A DNA stretch of 64,000 bases from Lama glama (taxonomy: Eukaryota), in assembly GCA_028534125.1 (NCBI GenBank), contig CM052817.1, positions 41,666,001 through 41,730,000 of the forward strand, in the 5' to 3' direction. Positions within the stretch are counted from its first letter, which is position 1. The number at the start of each line of letters is the position of its first letter. Below, in pieces: positions 12,513 to 24,300 of this stretch. The translations under genes were made by a program, and so were the position numbers. A model generated the notes under the pieces. The model searched no databases. It saw nothing but the letters and a program-made list of their open reading frames with translations, and was not told where the DNA came from.

Positions 12513-13012
12513 NNNNNNNNNNNNNNNNNNNNNNNNNNNNNNNNNNNNNNNNNNNNNNNNNNNNNNNNNNNNNNNNNNNNNNNNNNNNNNNNNNNNNNNN
12601 NNNNNNNNNNNNNNNNNNNNNNNNNNNNNNNNNNNNNNNNNNNNNNNNNNNNNNNNNNNNNNNNNNNNNNNNNNNNNNNNNNNNNNNNNNNNNNNNNNNN
12701 NNNNNNNNNNNNNNNNNNNNNNNNNNNNNNNNNNNNNNNNNNNNNNNNNNNNNNNNNNNNNNNNNNNNNNNNNNNNNNNNNNNNNNNNNNNNNNNNNNNN
12801 NNNNNNNNNNNNNNNNNNNNNNNNNNNNNNNNNNNNNNNNNNNNNNNNNNNNNNNNNNNNNNNNNNNNNNNNNNNNNNNNNNNNNNNNNNNNNNNNNNNN
12901 NNNNNNNNNNNNNNNNNNNNNNNNNNNNNNNNNNNNNNNNNNNNNNNNNNNNNNNNNNNNNNNNNNNNNNNNNNNNNNNNNNNNNNNNNNNNNNNNNNNN
13001 NNNNNNNNNNNN
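12513..13012. other. Assembly gap, exactly 500 N
   Basis: Run of 500 N; the round size indicates a placeholder of unknown true length. Confidence 0.99.
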
Positions 13013-13494
13013 AAAATGATGAGCCAGTTGGATGAAAAGAGGACTAGGTGTCATTGTGGGGACTGAGAGTAGAGGCAGGGCTGGGAGAGACCAGAGGAAA
13101 TAAAAAAGGCTAAGGTCTGTTTCAGCATATATATGAACAGTGTCTGAATACCCTAATTTATTATCCTGAGGAATTTGGGTATGTAATGGGAGGGTCTGGA
13201 CCTATCTGTGGTGACATGGAGAAGGAATAATAGATTCAAAGGGAAAGAAGGCAAACAATACTGTGCTAGACAGCTGAACTGCCTGATCTCATTCAATCTT
13301 CATGTTGCTTCAATAAAGTGGGATAGACAGACAGCAGCGCACTGGCCGGGCTGTGATCTGAAGTTAGAGTCACAAAAAATGGCTTTTCTGTGGTCGAACT
13401 AGGTAATGTAAGGAAATAGAGATGTTGACTCAAAAAATTCTGTTAGTGCCCATTTAGAAAATATGGAAGATCTGAAAAAATGAATTAATTTGTC

Positions 13495-13752
13495 AGGGCA
13501 TTCGGTGTCGATATTAAGGGCACAGACACTGGATCCACTTGCCTGGCTCAAGTCTCAGCTTTGCTCCTGGTTTGCTATGTGACACGAGTGAAGTACTTAA
13601 ACTTACTGTGCCTCAGTTTTTTCATCTTTAGAAAGGAGGTAATAAATACTTCCTGCTTTCTAAGCTTGTTCTGAGTATTAAGTGAATTAATACATGTAAG
13701 ATGCTTAGAACTCTGCTGGACATATATTAAATATTAAGTGCTAGCTATTATT
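13495..13752 (+). mobile_element. MIR SINE, near full length
   Basis: ttaagggcacagacactgga...tgtgcctcagttttttcatcttt...ttaagtgaattaatacatgtaagatgcttagaac...gctagctattatt. Confidence 0.9.
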
Positions 13753-13849
13753 TTTATGCTAGTTCAGTTAAGACATGGTATCTGTACAAAAGCATACAAG
13801 TACAAATGTGTGGGATAACCTACACATATATCAAAATTGCATCAGGCCA

Positions 13850-14045
13850 AATACAAATACCAAATGAATACAAGTAAAATTGGGGAAAGCTGGCTAAGAC
13901 TGATGGGTTGTATCAATGTCAAGATACTGGTTGTGATACTGTACTAGAATTTGTAGGATGTCAGCACTGGGGAAAACTATGCAAAAGATATTATTTCTTC
14001 CAATTGCATGTGAAGCGCAATTACTCAAAAAGTTTAGTTTTAAAA
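13850..14045 (+). mobile_element. Old L1 (L1MC/L1MD-type) 3' end fragment
   Basis: gggttgtatcaatgtcaagatactggttgtgatactgtacta...caattgcatgtgaa...aattactcaaaa resembles L1MC-type 3' UTR. Confidence 0.7.
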
Positions 14046-15177
14046 AGGTATGGGTTGCTCTCTGTCCCTTTACAAATTTGTGGAAGAAATGGCTGTGCTG
14101 CAGTGACTGGTTTATGTGAACAGGAGGATTTCATGCAATATGCAAAGAAGAATCATCCATTATGGGCTTAAAGGCAGTTTTCACCAGCAGTGTGTGAAGA
14201 AAAGGAGTAGAAACTCAGTAGGAGGAGGAGGGGATATAGTAAATCAGTAATTTTCTATCAAAAAATAATAATTTTTAGCTTAACTGACAGTGGAGCCTGA
14301 AAAATGGAGAAAGGATTCCACAATCCTAAGGCTGTCACAGGAACTTGTTTAATTTAATTTGTTCACTGAAAAATAATGTCCAGATGAGGGATCAGCAAAG
14401 GCTGGAAACCAGATCCCAAACAAGTGAACTTCAGTAGGACCTTTTCCTAATTTACACAAAGGAGCTCAAAGGGCCAGTGCAGGTAGACAGTAAGACTCGT
14501 TCCTCTCCATATTGGTATATAAAGCACATTCTGTACGGGTGGTTTGTAAATATCTGTTGCACTTTAGCTAGGTAGTCTTGAACCAGTGTCTACAGCACAA
14601 ATTTGAAAGAAAGAAGAAAGTTTTTAAAAATGATTTTGAGTCTCTATAAAAAAACTGAAACTTTAGAATCTAGAATTGTTGCTTTGACTTTTCGAGTTTC
14701 TGAGGAAATACCTGGGACTTAGGTATAATAAAATAATTCTACAGATATGCCTTTTTAAAATATGGACTCTAAGCTCATTTTGTCCAACTTAAATAGCTAA
14801 AAGCAATTTTTTTTCTCTTTTTAAAATTTTGGCTTTTTTATTACAGAAATGTTCTAAAACACAAATGGAGATACAATAGTATAAGAGATTTCCTGTATCC
14901 ATCAACCAGCTTCAAAAATTATCAACATGGCAAATCTTATCCATGTAGCTACTGAATTATATATTAAAGGAAATCATGAATATTATATTATTATCTGTGT
15001 GTAATTTAGTATACATCTCTAAGAATTAAGGGCTTTAAAAAACATATTCAGAATAGGATTATCACACCTAAAATTCCCCAACTGTTTTGTAAATATTTTT
15101 TTAGAGTTTACTGAAATCAGGACAAATGCAAAGTTCCAACACTGCATTTGATCAACATGCATTTCAAGATAAAATTT

Positions 15178-15270
15178 TGCCTCCTCCTCTCCTCCCCTCT
15201 TCGTTTCCTCCTCCTCTGCCTACCTTTGTCCTCTCCTCTTCCCTTCCTCTCCCTATCCTCCTTCTTCTGT
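15178..15270. repeat. CT-rich low-complexity tract
   Basis: cctcctcctctcctcccctcttcgtttcctcctcctct...; explains spurious ORFs on both strands. Confidence 0.85.
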
Positions 15271-15721
15271 CTGTTTGATGAAGAAACCAGGTCATATGCT
15301 AGAATTTTCGACATTCTGGATTTGGCCAATTCTATGCCTGATGACATTTAACATGTTCTTCCATATTCTTGTGGCTTTTGTAGTTATATTTAGAACTTTG
15401 ATCAGATTTATCTGGTTTCCATAGTTTCTTACTAACAGATGTCAGTCACTGCAGCGTCATTGAGAGAACTGTGCCTTTTTTTCCCCTCTCTTTCTCCAGT
15501 TGTTTTTACAATTATTCTCTTTGTCTTAGGTTTTCAGAAGATTTACTATGGGATACATAGTTGTGGCTTTGTTTCATTCATCCTCTTTAGGATTAATAAG
15601 TTTTCATTTATTTATAAAGACTTGATATCTTTATTATTTTTGAAAACTAGTATCTCTTCAGCTTGTTATGTTTTTGCCTTGCTATTTTTTCACCTTATTG
15701 TCTCTCTTGACTACATTAGAA

Positions 15722-16283
15722 CCCCTGTATATAACCAAAGAAATAAAAACACTAATTCAAAAAGACACATGCACCACAATGTTCACAGCAGCATTATTTA
15801 CAATAGCCAAGATATGGAAGAAACCTAAGTGTCCATCAGCAGATAAAGAAGATGTGTTTTATTCAACACACAATGGAATACTACTCAGCCACAAAAAATA
15901 ATGAGTCTTGCCATCTGCAGCGACATGGGTGGACTTGGAGGGTGTTATGCTAAGTGAAAAAAGTCAGACAGAGAAAGACACATACTATGTATCACCTATA
16001 TGTGGAATTTAAAAAATACAACAAACTAGTGAATATAACAAAAAAGAAGCAGACTCACAGATACAGAAAAAAAACTAGTGGTTACCAGCGGGAAGGGATG
16101 GGGGTGGGCAATATAGGGGTGGGGGAGTGGGAGGTACAAACTACTGGATATAAGATAGGCTTAAGGCTGTATTGTACAATCTGGGGAGTATAGCCAATAT
16201 TTTGTAATAACTGTGAATGGAAAGTAACCTTTAAAAGCGTATAAAAATAAAAAATTAATTAAAAATTCAATAACAACAATAAA
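15722..16283 (+). mobile_element. 5'-truncated L1 (ORF2 C-terminus, 3' UTR, A-rich tail)
   Basis: Translates to ...KTLIQKDTCTTMFTAALFTIAKIWKKPKCPS, the L1 ORF2 C-terminus, then a cetartiodactyl-type 3' UTR and A-rich tail. Confidence 0.92.
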
Positions 16284-17215
16284 AGAATCCATATGACAGT
16301 TACATTAGGCTTCTTCATCTCTTACATTCCTTTATATACCTTCCATCTTTCTTTCTTTCACTGCTTTAGTCTAGAGAGCTTTTATCTGCTGCTAAACATG
16401 CCTATTGTGTTCTTAATTTCATTAGTTGTATTTTTCACTTTTAGAATTTTCAATTTTTGCATATACTGTGGGTTCTGTGGGAAGTTACCAATATTGTCAT
16501 TTATTATCTCAAATATATTAATCAGTCATTTTAAAGTCTTTACCTGGTAACTTCACTGCCTTGACCCTTTTAGGCTTTCTATTATTTGTTTTCCTCTCTT
16601 GCTTTTATGTCACTTGTCCTTGCCTGTTGACATTTTGATAGTTATTGATTAAATGTCAGGCACTGAGTATGAAAAACTGAAGGAGTTTTGGATAAAGTTA
16701 TGTTCTTCCAGAAAAGATCTACTTCTCTTCAGGTTGTCAATAAAAGTGGTGTAAATCAAGGACTGTCATCTAATCAAGGACTGAGGGGTTAAGACTGGGT
16801 GTTAGCTTTGGTGGAGTCTGTCTAGTCTGAGATTCCCTTTATTCATAGAGCATAGCCTTTCAGAGGTCTCACCAAAAAACATGTTTTTCAGCACTCTTTC
16901 TCACTGGCAGCCCTTGTCCTTTTGGTTCTGTGAGAGAGATGTAAATTCTTCTTTACATGGTAGACAGTCTCTGATAAAACCACTCCACGCCACCACTGCA
17001 CAGCAGGCCCGATCTGGCCCTCAGGTAGTAGTTTGCTGCTCCTTGCTTTAGGTTGTCACTTTCTGCATCACCTCAATGGTGTGCCTGAAATTTGGCTAAT
17101 ATTCCATGGGGAAAAATGGCAGAGAAAGATGAGTCACCTAAATTTCTTTCTGGAATGTGGGGCCCTCAAATGCTGGCTGCTACAGTTGTTCACTAATTAA
17201 TTATATTAAAAAAAG

Positions 17216-17347
17216 TTTGGGGGGGTAGGTAATTAGGGTTTTTAAATTAATTCATTCATTAATTTTTAAATGGAAGTACTGGGGATTGAACCCAGGACCT
17301 CATGCATACAAAGCACACATTCTACCACTGAGCTATCTCCTCCCCCC
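17216..17347 (-). mobile_element. tRNA-derived SINE, camelid vic-1-like
   Basis: Reverse complement ggggaggagatagctcagtggtagaatgtgtgctttgtatgcatgaggtcctgggttcaatccccagtac... has Pol III A and B boxes, then AT-rich linker and cctaattacctacccccc tail. Confidence 0.85.
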
Positions 17348-18868
17348 TTAAAACATTATATTCATTTATTTATCATTTTTAACCCTGCCTTTATACTTAT
17401 ACTCAGTAGAAGGGATGGCCTGATACAGATTATTCCACAGTAGCCAGAAATAGAAGTTTCATCTACATATCACTCTTCTTTTTGATTACGAAACTGTCTT
17501 CCACACAGCTGCTGTATTCTTTAAGAGCTTCCTTGATTTCTAGCATATCAGAATATTCTAGGTTTATCTCCTATATCTGGAAGAAGGCAGATGATGCAAT
17601 CTTGATAGGTTGGCTTTACTTGAAAATAAAAGACATGAAGTAGGAGATAAGAAATAAGAAATACTTTTTTTAATTAGGAGGAAAGGAGAGGGAAGCAGGG
17701 AGCTATTCAGTTAAAGTGAACAGCAAATTAAAAGTCTTGAAATGGGAGTGTGTGTGAAATGTTTTAGGAGCAACGAGAAAGTCAGCATGGTCAAAGCTGA
17801 AGAATAAGCAGGGGCACCAGAAGGAGAATATGTCCAAGGGCAGAGAGAGGTACAAGGCACAAGGCCTAAAATTTACTATGCATTTGCTGAGCATTCCTCA
17901 GTTTTCTACATGTACATATTATAAAAATATAAACACTGTTAAAAAATGTACAGAAGAGGGAAAGAATAAAGCTATTCTAGAAAAATATGTAGTCTTTTCT
18001 AATTCTTATCACACTATGAAATGGATATTAATATTTCCATTTTATAGATGAAGAATTTGATGCTTTGAGATGTTAACTAAACTGTCCAAGATCATAAAAC
18101 TAAGAAGAGATAGGACTAAGAGTCAAACCTCAGTGTTTTACATCCATATGACTTGTATTTCTCCATATGCCATGCTGGGAAATTTGGGAGGGTTAGTTAA
18201 GATCAGTACTGATGTAACTAAACAGAGAACCCTGCCTAGTCTGGATGAAAAGTCAAAGTAAGCACATGAGTGACCTAACAGAAAGTGAAGTCAAACAATC
18301 AAATGTCCTAGTGGTAGAAGAGTAGATGAAGTAGGGGTGGAGGCCGGAGTAGACGCAGGGGTTATGCAATTTCAGCATACTTTATGGATTTGTATCTGAA
18401 CACATAAAAATATGTGATTTTCAAAGAGGAAAAATATTTGTTGTGGCTCCACCCAAAAGGTAAATATCTTTCTATTAATGATGAATGTACAAAATAGGAG
18501 GAGGACTAATCCTCTTTGGTGTGTGTGATTTAGATCACACCTGAAATTTGCAATCTGGGAACCAAACTTCAATAAGCAATAAATGATTAAAGTGGAATAT
18601 GTAAAGAAGAGAGAGGACATGGTGATGAGGTAGACAGTCATCGAAAAGTAAGTGTTTAAGCAAATGAGAGTTTTAAGGGTGGAGGAGATCTTAGGAGTAA
18701 ATGGTAAATGATTTGTCCTCTTTAAAGGGTTATAATCAGATCAAGTGGCTAGACTTACTCTGTTTCATTCCAGAATTCATATCTATCTATCTGTATCTCT
18801 AGTTATCTATCAGTATATCTATATTTTCAATTACTTAATCTGTTTGAAAATGTAGTCAGCTACCTTTG

Positions 18869-19037
18869 CAGTGGTTCTTAACTCTTTTGAGGATGCTGAC
18901 ATCTTGGGGAATTTGATTAAGACTGGAAACAGACACATGAATCCAAAAATTTGCATATAACTTCAAGGCATTATCTGATCCCTAAAACTCATTTAGGCAC
19001 TCCTACAGCATCTGTGAACCCCAAGTTAAGAACCTGG
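18869..19037. mobile_element. hAT-Charlie MITE (MER103-like)
   Basis: Terminal inverted repeats cagtggttcttaact ... agttaagaacctg around an internal aaaatttgcatataacttcaagg motif. Confidence 0.7.
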
Positions 19038-20972
19038 GAGAGATTGAGAGTTCTCTGTTCTAGAAACATTTAAGTAGAGGCTGAGAAGCCACTGTGGCCT
19101 GACATTGTAGAGAAGGATGCTTTGATGAATTTCTGGCGATGGTCCTAAAATAAGTGTGAAAATTGCCAAATTAGCATGATATATCTGTATGTTCCCTCTC
19201 TTGATCACCTGTACAAGGATATCCTTGTATCCTAAACAGTCATAAAAGCCTCATTACCTTGAAGCATTTCATCCACTGCACCTTTTAAATTATTTCCATG
19301 GTGTTAGAGTTGGCAAGAGAGTACTTTGAACCTGGTGGCAATGATCTCTATCCAGGGGAAAAAAAAAGAAAAAGAGATGCAACCTGAGCCAGAACACCAT
19401 CTACTCTACGAGACAATTTCTTTTATAAAATGCCAATATCCTCAAATGGCATCAAATTGTCATATTTATTTTGTTGACTCAGTTGGTTCCTAAATTGCAA
19501 TTCAAATCACTTACTGGAATATTTCAATGTGTTAAAAATAATATCGAAACAAACAAAGTTCATGCCTTTCTCACTTCATACAACCATTTTGTTTATGAAT
19601 TTGCATCCCAGACAAACTTGTTTTATTTGGATGGCTAGTTTTTCAAAAATATTCTCCAACCTTCTCAAAAGTCCAAGATTTTAAACTTTTAGACAAACAT
19701 ATTTGTACAAAATCAGTATTTTTTTCACTTTTGGTGTCCTGGTGCTTCTTTTAGTTAATTTTCAAATTATTTCTTATTTTGCAGTTTGTCTCAGGTAAGG
19801 AATGCTTGGTTAGAGTTTGGAAGACTATGTTCTAATTTCATTCCCCAAACTGATTAACTAGATGAGCTAAAAATATATCAACCTAACAGAGCCAAACAGC
19901 AAGGAAATAAATATTGTGTGTTACAGATGGAAGAGGTCTAGTCATGAATTAGTGAATACAGTGAATGGATACATAAAATTGAAAATCCATTATTTTTATT
20001 ATTAAACTTAAAATCCTTTATAACTATTAAGGTAATATATGACCACTGAAAAAACCTGTATATAAAGAGATGAATAAGGAAAACACATTTAAGAATCTGT
20101 AATTCTAGCACCCCGAGATATTAAAATTATATTTTAATACCTTCTGTCTTCTTTTATACCTTACAAGTATATCTCTCTATATTACACACTCATTTTGACT
20201 AGAAGCATGTTTATACATAGGTTTATAGCTCAGTTTTCTACTAAGTAATATCTTCATGCAGTTGTTCTCAAAACACAGTTTGTAATAGCTACATCATAAT
20301 TCACCAAATAAAGACAATTTTTAATAAGTCTTTTCTCTGGACATTTAATTTATTCTAATTTTTATAAGTATGACTGTGATGAATGTCCTTGTTCATAAAT
20401 ATTTAGGAACAGAATCACTATATCAAAGAATGTGAATGTTCTAAGCTTTTTGATATGTATCACTAAAGTAGCTTCCATAGATTCTACCTGTTCTTTGTCC
20501 AAAGATCTAGAGATCAAGATGGTAGAGTAGGGGACAATGAGCCCACATCCCCCAATGGACACATTCAAAATATATCTATATGTGGAACAATTCTTCCTGA
20601 GAACTTACTGGAGATTGGCAGAAAGAATCCTGTACAACCAAGGCTCCAAGAAAGATCCACATGGAGACAGGTAGAAAGGGAAGAGAAGTGATCACATTGA
20701 GACCTGTGCCTTTAGGAGGAGATACAGAAGAGGAGAGAGATTACACATGCTTGGAGATCCTCCCTGTGGAGTGAGCATTTTGAACCACATATTGGACACC
20801 CCAGCCCTTGGTTCTGACACTGGGAAGACAAGTCTCCTTAGCTGCTATGAAAATAAATGGGACTAACAGGATGGCTGTAAAAAATCTAGACTCCACTTAT
20901 GAAGAGCATGTATATACTTGCTTATTGCTAGGAATGTGAAAGAGGAAACAGATCAAAATTCCCAGGAACTGA

Positions 20973-23900
20973 ATTAAATGATACATTAGACCAGTTGGAC
21001 TGAATAGATATCTACAGGACATTCCATCCCAAAACAGCAGAGTACACAGTCTTTTCAATTGTACATAGAATATTTTCTAGGAAAGATCACATTCTAGGCC
21101 ACAAAACAAGTCTCAACAAATTATAGAGGATAGAAATTATACCAAACATTTTTTATGACCACCACAGTATGAAACTAGAAGTCAATTCCAGGGAAAAACA
21201 CCAATATGTGGAGAATAAACAACATGCTACTAAAAAAACCAATGGGTCAATGAAGAAGTCAAAGAGAAAAATCAGAAAATACCTCAAGACAAATGAAAAT
21301 GAAAACACAACATTACACAATTAATGGGATGCATTATGGTAGCTCACAGAGAAAAAAAATGTGACAATGAATATAAGTTATACATGTTCATGTATAACTG
21401 AAAAATTGTGCTCTACACTGGAATTTGACACATTGTAAAATGATTATAAATCAACAAAAAAGTTAAAAAATATTAATGGGATGCAGCAAAAGCAGTTCTA
21501 AAAGGGAATTTTACAGAAATACAGGCCTACCTCAAGAGACAAGAAAAATCTGAAATGAACAACCTAATCCACCAACAAAAGATATTAAAAAAGAACAAAC
21601 AGATCTCAAAGATAGCAGAAGGAAGGAAATAATAAATACCAGACAGGACATAAATAAAACAAAATTCAAAAATACAATAGAAAAGATCAAAGAAATCAAG
21701 AACTATTTCTTTGAAAAAATAAAATTTATAAGCCTTTAACCAGGCCTATCAAGAAAAAAAGACAGAAGACCAAAATAAGCAAAATAAGAAAGGAAAGAGG
21801 AGAAATTACAACCAAAATCAAGAGATACAAAAAATCAGAAGAGAATTCTATGAACAATTATTGCAAAAAATTGGACAACCTAGAAGAAATGGATTAATTT
21901 CTAGAAACACCCGATCTTCCAAACTGAATCAGGAAGAAATGGATAATCTGAACAAATTGGTCACTAGTAGTGAAGCTGAATTAGTAATCAAAAAACTCCC
22001 AGCAAACAAAATTCCAGGACTGGATGGCTTCACAGGGAATTCTAACAAACATATAAAGAAAAGCAAATACCTAACCTTCCCAGACTATTTCAAAAGTTGA
22101 ATGTGAGGAAACAGTCCCAAGTTTATTCTACAAGGCCACCATTACCCTGATACTAAAGCTAGAAAAAAAAAAAAACTACAAAAAAGAATATTACAGGTCA
22201 ATATCTCTGATGAATATAAATGCAAAAACCCTCAACAAAATATTAGCAAACTGAACTCAACAATATATAAAAAGGATCATAACATGAACAAGTGGGACTT
22301 ATTCCAGAGATGCAAACATGGTTCAATATTCACAAATTAATCAATGTGGTATGCCACATTAACAAAAGGAAAGATAAAAATCACATGGCTACCTTAATAG
22401 ACACAGAAAAAGCATTTGAAAAAAATCCAACATCTATTCATGATAAAAACTCACATCAAAATTGGTATAGAGGGAATATATCTCCAAATCATAAAGACCA
22501 TTTATGACAAACCCACAGCTAACATCATACTCAGTGGTGAAAAGCCAAAAGCTTTTCCTTTAAAATCATGAACAAGACCAGGATGCCCACTCTTGCCACT
22601 CCTATTTAACAAAGAATATAAATTATATTGGAAGTCCTAACCACATCAATCAGACAAGAAAAAGAAATAAAAGGCATCCAAATTGGAAGGGAAGAAGTAA
22701 AACTCACTATTTGCAGATGACATAATGCTATATATGCAAAACTTTAAAATCTCCACCAAAAAACTATTAGCAATAATAAATAAAGTCAGTAACATTGCAA
22801 GATACAAGATTAATATACAGAAATCTGTAGCAAGTCTAGACATTAATCATTAATTACCAGAAAGAGAAAGCAAGAAAACAATCCTACTTAAAATCTCATC
22901 ATGAAGAATAAAATACCTAGGAATGGATCTAACCAAGGAACTGAAGGACTTATACTCTGAAAACTATAAAACATTGATGAAGGAAATTGATGGTGATACA
23001 AAGAAATGGAAAGATATCCCATGTCACAAATTAGAAGAATTAATATTGTTAAAATGGCCACATTACCCTAAGCAATCTACAGATTTAATGCAACCTCTGT
23101 CAAAATATTCATGACATTTTTCACAGAACTAGAACAAATAATCCTAAAATTTATATGGAACCACAAAAGAACTCAAATAGCCAAAGCAGTTTTGAGGAAA
23201 AAAAGAGCAAAACTGAAGATGGTGTCACACTCTGTAACTTCAGGCTATACTACAAAGCTACAGCAATCAAAACAGTACTGTACTGGCACAAAAACAGACA
23301 CATAGATCAATGGAACTAGAAAGAAAGCCCTGAAATAAGCCCACACACTTATGGCCAATTAATCTATGACAAAGGAGGCAAGAACATACATTGGGACAGC
23401 AACATATAAAAGAATGAAATTGGAACATTTTCTCTCACCATATATAAAAGTAAACCCAAAATGGATTAAAGACTTAAATGTAAGACTGAAAACTATAAAA
23501 CTCCTAGAAGAGAACATAGGCAGAACACTACATAAACCATAGCAACATTTTTTGGATCTGTCTCCTAAGGCAAAGGGAACAAAAACAAAAAGTTAACACA
23601 TGGGGCCTAATTAAACTTAAAAGCTTTTGCAGAGAGAGGAGACTATTGTTAAATAAAAAAAGACAATCTACTGCATGGAAGAAAATATTTGCAAGTGATA
23701 TGACTGGTAAGAGGTTAATATCCCAAATATATAGATGGGTCATACAGATCAATATCAAAAAACAAAAAACAAGTAAACAAAAAAAAACCTGATTAAAGAA
23801 TGGGCAGAAGATCTGAATACACATTTTCCCAAAGAATACATACAGATGGCCAACAGGCACATGAAAAGATGCTCAACATTGCTAATCATTAGAGAAATGC

Positions 23901-24300
23901 AAATCAAAACCACAATATCATCTGACACATCTCAGAATGACTATCATCAAAAAGACCACAAACAACAAATGCTGGTGAGGATATGGAGAAAAGAGAACCC
24001 TAGTACACTGTTGGTGGGAATGTAAATTGGTGCAGCCACTTTGGAACAGTATGGAGTTCCTCAAAAAACTAAAATAGACCTACCACATGATCCAGCAATT
24101 TCATGCTTGGACATATATGTGAGGAAAATGAAAACACTAATTTGAAAAGATCCATGCACCCCAATGTTCAAAGCAGCTTTATTTACAAAAGACAGTATCT
24201 GGAAGCATCCTAAGTGTCCATCAACAGTTGAATGGATAAAGAAGACGTGTATAAATATATTCCATTGCATATTGAAATAGTACTCAGCCATAAAAAAAAG
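20973..24300 (+). pseudogene. L1 ORF2 remnant (partial endonuclease, reverse transcriptase, C-terminal domain), many stops and frameshifts
   Basis: LNDTLDQLD*IDIYRTFHPKTAEYT at about 20974; QGCPLLPLLFN near 22580; FADD at 22710-22721; [19 protein letters not shown] near 23860. Confidence 0.92.
21334..21471 (+). mobile_element. Younger L1 3' tail nested in the older L1
   Basis: 138-bp insert ending in an A-rich tail, flanked by perfect 14-bp TSD attaatgggatgca (21320-21333 and 21472-21485). Confidence 0.92.

Noticed and set aside
12234..13066. Three long ORFs of 193-261 aa in the ORF track
   Set aside because: Artefacts of reading through the 500-N gap
15117..15351. R/E/G-rich and L/S-rich ORFs
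   Set aside because: Translations of a CT-rich low-complexity tract
17275..17345. Possible tRNA gene
   Set aside because: tRNA-like head continues into a SINE body and tail; a SINE, not a tRNA
22614..22628. Palindromic aatataaattatatt apparently inserted in L1 ORF2
   Set aside because: Only a 7-bp all-AT stem; too weak to call a snap-back event
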